Below are positions 1 to 7,252 of a stretch of 64,000 nucleotides of DNA, one piece after another; position 1 is the stretch's first letter; each line of letters opens with the position of its first letter. The notes beneath the pieces are model-generated. The model worked only from the letters and a program-made list of their open reading frames with translations. It had not been told where the DNA came from and did not search any database. The stretch lies in the IMG/VR virus record IMGVR_UViG_3300030329_004481; one strand, given 5' to 3'. The translations under genes were made by a program, and so were the position numbers. The stretch is from a virus.

Positions 1-345
1 TAAAGTATCTTCATCTAATATTGAATTAACCCTACCACCTGTTTTTAATTTTAAACCAGATTCAGAAACACTTAATTCTTCTGTTCCAGCAACTGCTACT
101 GCAATATTAGCATTTGTTCCAGTGTCATTAATATTCACATTGGAACTCAATTTTTCAATTTTTTCTAAGTATACTGTTACTGTAGGATCATGGATATAAT
201 CTATTGAATTATATGAAGTTGTTCCATCTCCAATTTTTAATCTTTTATGATCTGTTTCATATGCTAATTCACCAGAAGCTAAAACAGTATTATTACCATA
301 CCAATTACCTCCAGTGTCACGTCTTATTTGTATTTGAGTAGCCAT
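1..345 (-). CDS. Fibre-like virion protein with Mtd-N/hyaluronidase-N-type N-terminal domain (runs off left edge)
   Basis: Not in the ORF track. ATG at 345 with GGAG upstream; translates MATQIQIRRDTGGNWYGNNTVLASGELAYETDHKRLKIGDGTTSYNSIDY..., the typical IQ.RR...W...N.VL..GE..YETD....KIGDG signature; open to position 1. Confidence 0.8.
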   Translation of the reverse strand, partial: MATQIQIRRDTGGNWYGNNTVLASGELAYETDHKRLKIGDGTTSYNSIDYIHDPTVTVYLEKIEKLSSNVNINDTGTNANIAVAVAGTEELSVSESGLKLKTGGRVNSILDEDTL

Positions 346-361
346 TTTTCTCCGTTAAAAA

Positions 362-925
362 TTATGATGCGTTTCCACCATCTATTGTATATGTTGTTGG
401 TAAACTTGAAGAAGGTAAAAGTCCAGAAACATCTGTTGATAAGTCTATTAAATTTCTTGTAATTGCTTGACCAGAAATTGTAATATAATCTAAAGTCCCT
501 GCTAAAGTAACATCTGTTGAGTTATCAGTTCCAGAAGCGTCAACTCCTAAACTAGTTCTTGCTCCTGCGGCATCAGTTGCTCCTGTTCCTCCTGATGCGA
601 CTGGTAATGTTCCTGTTACATCTGTAGTAACATCAACTTGTCCTCTAACAATATCTTGTCCACTTAAAGAAATATAATCATAACTTCCAGATACAGTAAC
701 ATCTGTTGAGTTATCAGTTCCAGAAGCATCAACCCCTAAACTAACTCTGGCAGTTGCTGCAGTTTCATTTACTATTGTTGATGAATTTGCATAAACTAAA
801 AAATCACCATCTGCTGCTCCACTTACATTGATACCTTGCATTGTTGTAACATTTTGTCCAGTAACATCTGTAAGATAACCACCACCAGCGGTATATGCAT
901 TTCTATAACTATTTAAATTTGCCAT
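362..925 (-). CDS. Small fibre/structural protein with a 63-aa internal duplication
   Basis: G/T/S/D-rich; LPVASGGTGATDAAGARTSLG fibre motif; duplicated SLGVDASGTDNSTDVT; ends IDGG. Confidence 0.65.
   Translation of the reverse strand: MANLNSYRNAYTAGGGYLTDVTGQNVTTMQGINVSGAADGDFLVYANSSTIVNETAATARVSLGVDASGTDNSTDVTVSGSYDYISLSGQDIVRGQVDVTTDVTGTLPVASGGTGATDAAGARTSLGVDASGTDNSTDVTLAGTLDYITISGQAITRNLIDLSTDVSGLLPSSSLPTTYTIDGGNAS
506..727. repeat. 33-nt perfect direct repeat (506-538 and 695-727), period 189 nt
   Basis: agtaacatctgttgagttatcagttccagaagc occurs twice; encodes ASGTDNSTDVT on the minus strand. Confidence 0.9.
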
Positions 926-926
926 A

Positions 927-2336
927 TTAGTTCTCTGTTAATACCCATCCGTTATTTGAATCTGCGTAGACTAATTCAAATCCTGCTCTATTTGTTGATA
1001 CTGCAAGATTTTCTGTGACTCCCATTATTTTATGATTTCCTCTTTCTACTGTTATATTATTTGTAGAAGAACTTCCAGTTATATCAACAATTCTTACTGT
1101 ATCACCAGCTGTAACTGATACAGGTAGAGTTACAATAATTGCAGAACCAGAACAATCAACTAAAAGTTTATCACCTTTTGTTGCAGTTCTACTACCATTA
1201 ATTGGTATCCAACCATCTTTGTCTGTTGTATAAATTGGTGTTCTTTGATCATCAGATGATCCACCCGCACTTCCGCCATATCCTGTTGCACTTGTTCCAC
1301 CAGAATAAATGTATAAAATATCTGGTGCGTCTTGTGCTATTTTAATTTCTGTATATGCGTGGGCACTTCCAGGAGTTCCATTGTAATTTACTCCTGTTGT
1401 ATATTCTGTACCCCCTTGATGTGTTCCATCAATGGTTGTAGAAAATTTTAAAAGTTGATTTGCATTAGAAGCATCAGATTGATCAAATCTATAATTAAAT
1501 CCTTTTTGTAAATGTAAAGGAAATCTTTCATGTAAATTTGTTTTTAATTTATTACCATCAATAACAAATACATTTTGGGAAGAACTTCCATCATCAGCAA
1601 TAGTAACAGTGAATGTTTGATTATATTTTGATTCAATAAATGCTTTTACAGATTGTTGTGTGACTAGAGCAGTTGCTGAATTACTTGTTAAATTATCTTC
1701 ATCTAAAATGTGTGTTATATGTGGTCCAGTGACTGCGGATGCAGTTCCAGAATCATAAGAAATCATTCCTGTTGTGGCTGAAAAATCTTGTCCAGTTCCA
1801 CCATATTGTGAAGATATTGCAGAAGCTTGCCAAGTACCATTAGTTATAATTCCAACCGTGGATAAAGCAACTGAACCTGAAACTGGTGTTAATCCTGCAT
1901 CAACTGCTGTTTGATCTGTCCATTGAGATGTTGCTGAATCATAAGCTAATATTCTATTATCAGCAGGTGTGGTAGAAACTGTTACATTATTTAAGTTTCC
2001 TAGTAATACACCATTAACATGAGATCTTGTTGCTAATACATCGGAATTAGCAAGAATTTGTACTGTGTCACCTGTTCCAATAACAGTATGAATAGCACCG
2101 CCAGCACCCCCATGAATTGTTACAGTTGAACTTTGTGTAACTGTTTCTGGTGAACCACCGTCTCCCCTAACATCCCAGGAAAATGTTCCTGTGCCTGTCA
2201 TCAATCCAGATAGTTCTTCAATTGTAGTTCTTTTTATTCTATTTTCATCAGATGCATCATTTACTACAATTGAATCAGAAGTTGAAAGATTATTTTGGCT
2301 AATTAAATCTAATTCACTAATTACTTTATTTGACAT
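927..2336 (-). CDS. Mosaic virion fibre/baseplate-associated protein (degenerate cupredoxin-like domain; C-terminal gp10/gp34-like beta domain)
   Basis: ILDEDNLTSNSATALVTQQSVKAF motif; YRFDQSDASN...FSTT.DGTH.GG.EYTTGV module; C-terminal VDCSGSAIIVTLP...GDTVRIVD...NNITV...LVY....GW. Confidence 0.7.
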   Translation of the reverse strand: MSNKVISELDLISQNNLSTSDSIVVNDASDENRIKRTTIEELSGLMTGTGTFSWDVRGDGGSPETVTQSSTVTIHGGAGGAIHTVIGTGDTVQILANSDVLATRSHVNGVLLGNLNNVTVSTTPADNRILAYDSATSQWTDQTAVDAGLTPVSGSVALSTVGIITNGTWQASAISSQYGGTGQDFSATTGMISYDSGTASAVTGPHITHILDEDNLTSNSATALVTQQSVKAFIESKYNQTFTVTIADDGSSSQNVFVIDGNKLKTNLHERFPLHLQKGFNYRFDQSDASNANQLLKFSTTIDGTHQGGTEYTTGVNYNGTPGSAHAYTEIKIAQDAPDILYIYSGGTSATGYGGSAGGSSDDQRTPIYTTDKDGWIPINGSRTATKGDKLLVDCSGSAIIVTLPVSVTAGDTVRIVDITGSSSTNNITVERGNHKIMGVTENLAVSTNRAGFELVYADSNNGWVLTEN

Positions 2337-2911
2337 TAAATATCCTTCTCGGAGTAAAAAATATGTCTATCTATTTTTACTGTCTTATTAACATTTTTAG
2401 CCCATCTAGGATCTGGTATATAATCTGCATGATAAAAAGTAGCACCATCAGTTATATCAAATATATCATTTGGTTTCAATAAAAATCTTGCAACATCAAC
2501 TGATTTATTCCAAAGTTGTCCTTTAAATGGTACATCATGTTTACCATCGCAGTACCAGCTAAACTGGCAACGATCTCTAACTGGAAAACCATTTGTGTAA
2601 TGTTTTCCTTGCTTTATAACTCCACAAACAGTATTTGGGAATTTTTTACTATTCATTCTATTTAGTACCACTTGACCGACAGCAATCTTTCCTGCGGTGG
2701 ATTCTATTGCTGCTTCAAAGTAAATGTTTTTAGACATACAATCCAAATCAACAGGATCAACAATTGAAATTGTTTTCTTTGCTTCTTCTTTATAAATTGT
2801 TGGTTGAATTGTAGGTGCTGGTGGAACCCAAACAGTTTGGGTCATATTACTATTAATAGATTGTGAAAATATAATTAAAAATATAATTGTGGATATAAGT
2901 ATGCGTAACAT
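2336..2911 (-). CDS. Cell wall hydrolase, SleB/Hydrolase_2 family, with N-terminal signal/TM segment
   Basis: CMSKNIYFEA, AVGQVVLNR, FPNTVCGVIKQ, CQFSWYCDG, DITDGATFYHA, IDRHIFY. Confidence 0.92.
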   Translation of the reverse strand: MLRILISTIIFLIIFSQSINSNMTQTVWVPPAPTIQPTIYKEEAKKTISIVDPVDLDCMSKNIYFEAAIESTAGKIAVGQVVLNRMNSKKFPNTVCGVIKQGKHYTNGFPVRDRCQFSWYCDGKHDVPFKGQLWNKSVDVARFLLKPNDIFDITDGATFYHADYIPDPRWAKNVNKTVKIDRHIFYSEKDI

Positions 2912-2916
2912 ATTAC

Positions 2917-2939
2917 CTCTTATAATGGGTTATTAAGAG
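2917..2939 (-). promoter_or_regulatory. Putative hairpin overlapping the Shine-Dalgarno of the cell wall hydrolase
   Basis: Minus-strand RNA CUCUU-A-AUAA-CCCA-UUAU-AAGAG; the 3' arm covers the AGAGG SD ahead of the AUG at 2911. Confidence 0.4.
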
Positions 2940-3035
2940 CCTATCTGATTTGTTTTTTAAATATTTGATGAAGTGAAATACTTCTTTTGATTTTTTATGA
3001 TAGGCATTTGAAACCTTTTTCTAGAGTTGTAGTAT

Positions 3036-3043
3036 TATTTATA
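3036..3043 (-). promoter_or_regulatory. T4-type late promoter (TATAAATA)
   Basis: Exact TATAAATA on the minus strand, intergenic, directly after the stop of 3044..3430 and upstream of the hydrolase/fibre genes. Confidence 0.7.
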
Positions 3044-3430
3044 CTACTTAACCTCTGTACTCCTAGTGATTTCAAGGATCTTATCTATTTGTTTCTGAAT
3101 TTTATCAGTTCTATTCGGCCAATAGATATATTCCTTTTCTGGGTTTTTCATCAAGTTTTTAAGTAATGGAATTATCATTTTTTCCAAACCCTTGAAAACT
3201 TGTTTGTTTTCTTCTTTATATTTTTCTTCTAGTTCTTTCTTTCTAGCATCAACCTCCAATGTCAACATAGTTTGAATTGTATCTAGTCTTTCTAAAACAT
3301 GATTGCTCTGTACTTCAACTTTTCCAACAGCTTCTGCTGTTTTAGAAGGACTAACTATTTCTCCAAGTTCATCTGCATCAACTGCAGAAAAACCAAAATC
3401 AAAATCTAAATCTTCCCAATCGTCAGCCAT
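3044..3430 (-). CDS. Conserved hypothetical protein of T4-like phages
   Basis: DFDFGFSAVD N-terminus and IIPLLKNLMKNPEKEYIYWPNR motif; co-oriented and abutting the upstream gene. Confidence 0.7.
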   Translation of the reverse strand: MADDWEDLDFDFGFSAVDADELGEIVSPSKTAEAVGKVEVQSNHVLERLDTIQTMLTLEVDARKKELEEKYKEENKQVFKGLEKMIIPLLKNLMKNPEKEYIYWPNRTDKIQKQIDKILEITRSTEVK

Positions 3431-4611
3431 TATTTAAATCCTATTTTTCTTAACTGTTTAATTGTATCATCAGCACTAGTGTGATGAATTCCTATTCCAC
3501 CCTTTGCTCTAAATTCTTTTATATTACCTTCATGATCATCTATTAAAACATTTGGTCTTCCATCTCTACCATCTTTGGCAAACTGTTGTTTGTCTTGTCT
3601 AGAAACTGCTCTCATATCACTTTGATCTAAATTAAAATGTCTTTTCATCCATTTAGTTTTATCACCTGCTGCTTGTTGTGATATTTTCCCTCTACTACTT
3701 CTTGGAATAGCAGTTAACATAATTGGTTTATATTTTCCAATAAATCCCCAAAGTTTTTTAGCATCTGGCATTAGTGGAAGTTTAGCAAAAGTGTTAGAAG
3801 GTAGATCAGGCCAAAACTTATCTTTAAACTTTGTACCTAAATGTTTACCAGTAAATGCATGAAAATCTGCAACCACTCCATCCATATCACAATAGATTTG
3901 TGGTGCATCAAATTCTTTCAATTCAATTTCTTCTTTAAATCTTTTCAATTTCTTTTCTTTGTCTATCCATTTTTTAGCAATGTGATTATCTAAAGGTTTT
4001 TGAACTATTGATCTTATTTTAACAAAAACTTTTCTTAGAACATCCTCATCCGCATCATTATTATCAACAATAATAAAATTTTTATTACCAAAATATCCTT
4101 GAAACTTTCCAAGATTTTTTTGAACATCTTCCCAACTTGATTTTACAATATTATCTGGTAATGTTCTAGATCTCATTTGATTTCTTTGTAATGCAACATC
4201 TAGAGATGTATTTACAAATATCATTAATGTATCATAACCAAGACCACGCAATCCCTCTGAAGCTGATTTAATTCTATCATAATCTTTACCAGTACCATCA
4301 ATAATTAAACCAAGTCTACCATCAACCCATTGCCTCATTCTCATCTTTGTAAGTTTCTTTGCTCTATCTCTTATAACTTGCGATCTTTCAAAATCTTTAT
4401 CATCAAATTTTGTAAAGTCCATTCCCAATCCAGATGATTTTAATTTAAGTTCATATATATCATCTGAATTAACAATCTTCATTCCCAATCCACCTGTAGC
4501 TTTATCAGCAACATATGACTTACCAGAACCTGGCCCACCCGCTAGAAATATTGCTTTGAATATTGAAGGGTCATACATCCCTTCAGTCAAAAATTGATCA
4601 AAAGATCTCAT
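3430..4611 (-). CDS. P-loop (PNK/AAA_33/zeta-like) kinase fused to HAD 5'(3')-nucleotidase-like phosphatase; N-terminal capsid-targeting-like leader
   Basis: Likely start MRSFDQFLTE at 4611; Walker A GGPGSGKS, VNSDD, IIDGTG, lid ALQRNQMRSR; HAD motifs YCDMDGVVADF, LTA, K, LIDD. Confidence 0.8.
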   Translation of the reverse strand: MRSFDQFLTEGMYDPSIFKAIFLAGGPGSGKSYVADKATGGLGMKIVNSDDIYELKLKSSGLGMDFTKFDDKDFERSQVIRDRAKKLTKMRMRQWVDGRLGLIIDGTGKDYDRIKSASEGLRGLGYDTLMIFVNTSLDVALQRNQMRSRTLPDNIVKSSWEDVQKNLGKFQGYFGNKNFIIVDNNDADEDVLRKVFVKIRSIVQKPLDNHIAKKWIDKEKKLKRFKEEIELKEFDAPQIYCDMDGVVADFHAFTGKHLGTKFKDKFWPDLPSNTFAKLPLMPDAKKLWGFIGKYKPIMLTAIPRSSRGKISQQAAGDKTKWMKRHFNLDQSDMRAVSRQDKQQFAKDGRDGRPNVLIDDHEGNIKEFRAKGGIGIHHTSADDTIKQLRKIGFK

Positions 4612-5182
4612 GCCATTGATCTCCATGTTTTTTTGTATAGTACATACTTGTTTCTAGTTTTTCCTCAACTGTAAATTGTTCATCTTTCATTTTCAATAGA
4701 AATTTTTGATCTCTTTGTTTCCCCTTATGTAATTTGGAAAACAAATCTTGAAATTGATTTCCTCTACTATCTACAGAAATACTTTTTCCACCATGATCAA
4801 ACCGAGCATGTACTTTACCATGATCATTTCCTGGTGACTTGTTTGTACCTAAAAGTGAAAAATCTTCACCATCTTTATGAATAACAGAATGTTGATCATA
4901 TTTTTTTCCTAATTCTAACATATGTTTTCTTTCAATATTAGGAATCATTAAAGATTTTTCTTTTACAAATCCACCTTCTTCTTTATATCCACCTCTCATT
5001 TCAACATACCCATGACCCAACTTTCTGACATGCTTTTTTAATTCAGAAAATCTTCTCTCATTTTCTTCATCAGAATGTTCTTGTCTATGTGGAGACAATA
5101 TACCCATCTTTGGTGTATGATTGACGTGATGCATTACTCTAGATAAACTAGACTCATCAATTGATTGTTTGAAACTTTTCAT
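4598..5182 (-). CDS. Putative SAM lyase (T3 SAMase-like) with capsid-targeting-like leader
   Basis: ILSPHR...DEENERR, GGYKE, KEKSLMI, LGKKYDQHSVI follow the order of the T3 SAMase motifs as recalled (LVSAFR...DEVNMSR, GCYRE, EEKTV, EWEQDCVL); starts MKSFKQSIDE. Confidence 0.6.
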   Translation of the reverse strand: MKSFKQSIDESSLSRVMHHVNHTPKMGILSPHRQEHSDEENERRFSELKKHVRKLGHGYVEMRGGYKEEGGFVKEKSLMIPNIERKHMLELGKKYDQHSVIHKDGEDFSLLGTNKSPGNDHGKVHARFDHGGKSISVDSRGNQFQDLFSKLHKGKQRDQKFLLKMKDEQFTVEEKLETSMYYTKKHGDQWHEIF

Positions 5183-5184
5183 TT

Positions 5185-5331
5185 TTAATCCTGTGAATCA
5201 ATAAAATCTTGTTTTGTTGGCGCACCTTTTGAACCAGGTTTGCGCATAGGTCTTCCTTCTTTTCTTTTTTTATGGATATTATGCCATAACCCTTTATTTT
5301 TTTCTTCTAAAAATTGCTTAAATGTTACCAT
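5185..5331 (-). CDS. Small basic protein (48 aa), putative internal head protein
   Basis: Not in the ORF track. MVTFKQFLEEKNKGLWHNIHKKRKEGRPMRKPGSKGAPTKQDFIDSQD*; overlaps the upstream stop (ATGGTAA) and fills the gap exactly. Confidence 0.75.
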   Translation of the reverse strand: MVTFKQFLEEKNKGLWHNIHKKRKEGRPMRKPGSKGAPTKQDFIDSQD

Positions 5332-5594
5332 GCTTTACAACTCCAATATCTTGCTTTAGTTCTTGGTCCAGGATTATCACAATTATGCCTCGCTCTAAAA
5401 GATTTTCTTCTAGCTGGGTTTGATTTTTTAATCCTCATGTTAGGATCACCGAATTCAACTTTTTTAACATTACCAGTTGATGGATCTTTAACATATACTT
5501 TTGACTTTTTAACATCACCTTTCATTTTTTTACCAAGAGGAACGTCTCTACCTTGATACTCTGCTTCCGTTACAAACTCTCTATATGTCTTCAT
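5325..5594 (-). CDS. Small basic protein (DUF6321-like), putative internal head protein
   Basis: MKTYREFVTE leader; VKKVEFGDPNMRIKKSNPARRKSFRARHNC...ARYWSCKAW. Confidence 0.8.
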   Translation of the reverse strand: MKTYREFVTEAEYQGRDVPLGKKMKGDVKKSKVYVKDPSTGNVKKVEFGDPNMRIKKSNPARRKSFRARHNCDNPGPRTKARYWSCKAW

Positions 5595-5598
5595 TTTC

Positions 5599-7239
5599 TT
5601 ACTTTCTTACGTTAGCTACTGAATCTCCAGGGTTTCCTGTTTTGTTTAATATTGATACATGATATATTCTATTTGGATCAGGATTTGATTGAATCAAATC
5701 TGTAACATAATCCCTCATCTCACTTTGTTGACGTATAGTAGTATACCATGAGATTCTACCATTGTCAACTATTTTCTGTGGCTTATTAAAATGTATTGGA
5801 AAATCAACATCAGAAAAGGTTGCTCCTTTAAATTCTGCTCTCATTTTTTTCCATTCACTTCCAGAAGCCAACGTTATATGCAAATCTTTGTCTACTAATG
5901 GTTTTAACTCTGGTTCTCTTTTCAAAACCATTTTTTGCATTTGCTTTATTATATTTATTTCTTTTGGTTTTAACTTATACTTGAGAACACTTTCAACTTT
6001 TATTTCTTCATTTATTCCAATTTGATTCATTAAAGATTTCTTGTCATTCTTTCCTGTCTCTACTGCATATTTAAATAACATATTTAATGCATCACCAATT
6101 GCTCTACCCCTAAGACCTGCTTGTGAAAGATCTCTACCATTGACTCCTAACTCTTTGAGAGAAGTTGGTTTTCCTTTTCTTTTCATATCTGCTAATATCA
6201 TTGATACTGTTTTTTGTTTTTTTGCTTTCAAATATTCATCAATATTTTTTATAGCAGATGGGTGACTTGAAGTATATTGAACCAATTCTAATTCATTGTT
6301 AAGTATAGAAGGATTGTGAATTACCATAACTACACCTTCTATTGATTTTTTTGTTTCATTTGATATTTTCATTGTTCTCTGTGCATTTTCTCCTGCTAAC
6401 CATTTATAATCTTTTAATAGTATAGCTAAAAATGCAGGAAACGCAGACTTTTCAAGTTTATCCATTGTATCATAATCAATGTCTCTTATACCTTTAAACA
6501 AATTGCTCATTAATCCAGTTTTAAACATCAACTTAACACCTTTACTTGGTACAGTTGATTTTGTAAACATCTTTGCAAATTCTTCTTGGAATCTATCTGG
6601 TGATACTGTTTTAATTTTTTCAGATTGTTTTTTAATTTCTCTTTCTGTTTTTGGTTCTAAATTAAAATCAAATCTGGCTGCAAATTGCATTGCTCTCATC
6701 ATTCTCAACGGATCTTCTTCAAATGCGTTTGGACTAATTACAGATATCTGTTTGTTCTCAATGTCAAACTGTCCTCTACCCTCTATGTCGTGTGTTTCAC
6801 CAGTTTCAACATCTTTAGCGATAGCATTCATCCAAAAGTCTCTACGCATTTGATCTTGTTGTAAAGTGATACCTTTACCTAACTTGACTTCAAAATCTTT
6901 ATGTCCAGACCCTGTGCTTTTCTCATCAACTCTTGGAACAGAAATATCAATAGGTTCATCACCTTTTTCAAAATGAGTTGGAGTAAATTTTAATATACCA
7001 AAAGATTTTCCAACAGCATCAACCCTACCAAATTTAGATATCAATTTTGATAACTCATCAAGTTCTAAACCAACCACAAGTAGATCTAAATCTTTTGATA
7101 TTTTACCCAACATTTCATCACGCACCGCTCCACCAATTTGATATATTTTTCCACCAGCAGTTTTAATTGCGGACTTAACCTCTGGTTTAAGTGCGTGGGA
7201 CACATTTGATTCTATTATGTAATTTTTAAATTTTCTCAT
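5599..7239 (-). CDS. Class II tRNA nucleotidyltransferase (CCA-adding/poly(A) polymerase family) fused to a C-terminal 2H phosphoesterase; capsid-targeting-like leader
   Basis: GGAVRD..KDLDL, D..RRDFWMNAIA, FEEDPLRMMRAMQFAARF, SPDRFQEEF; C-terminal LHITLA and YHVSI; starts MRKFKNYIIE. Confidence 0.88.
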   Translation of the reverse strand: MRKFKNYIIESNVSHALKPEVKSAIKTAGGKIYQIGGAVRDEMLGKISKDLDLLVVGLELDELSKLISKFGRVDAVGKSFGILKFTPTHFEKGDEPIDISVPRVDEKSTGSGHKDFEVKLGKGITLQQDQMRRDFWMNAIAKDVETGETHDIEGRGQFDIENKQISVISPNAFEEDPLRMMRAMQFAARFDFNLEPKTEREIKKQSEKIKTVSPDRFQEEFAKMFTKSTVPSKGVKLMFKTGLMSNLFKGIRDIDYDTMDKLEKSAFPAFLAILLKDYKWLAGENAQRTMKISNETKKSIEGVVMVIHNPSILNNELELVQYTSSHPSAIKNIDEYLKAKKQKTVSMILADMKRKGKPTSLKELGVNGRDLSQAGLRGRAIGDALNMLFKYAVETGKNDKKSLMNQIGINEEIKVESVLKYKLKPKEINIIKQMQKMVLKREPELKPLVDKDLHITLASGSEWKKMRAEFKGATFSDVDFPIHFNKPQKIVDNGRISWYTTIRQQSEMRDYVTDLIQSNPDPNRIYHVSILNKTGNPGDSVANVRK

Positions 7240-7244
7240 ACTAT

Positions 7245-7252
7245 TATTTATT
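7245..7252 (-). promoter_or_regulatory. Late-promoter variant (AATAAATA) 5 nt before the ATG, possibly a leaderless transcript
   Basis: TAG-AATAAATA-ATAGT-ATG; no SD in the 13-nt gap. Confidence 0.5.

Noticed and set aside
1-345. Diversity-generating retroelement suggested by the Mtd-N-like domain
   Set aside because: No reverse transcriptase or template/variable repeat pair is visible; this N-terminal domain is common in fibres without DGRs.
506-727. CRISPR-like repeat
   Set aside because: Only two copies, in-frame within a CDS at a 63-codon period; this is a protein-domain duplication.
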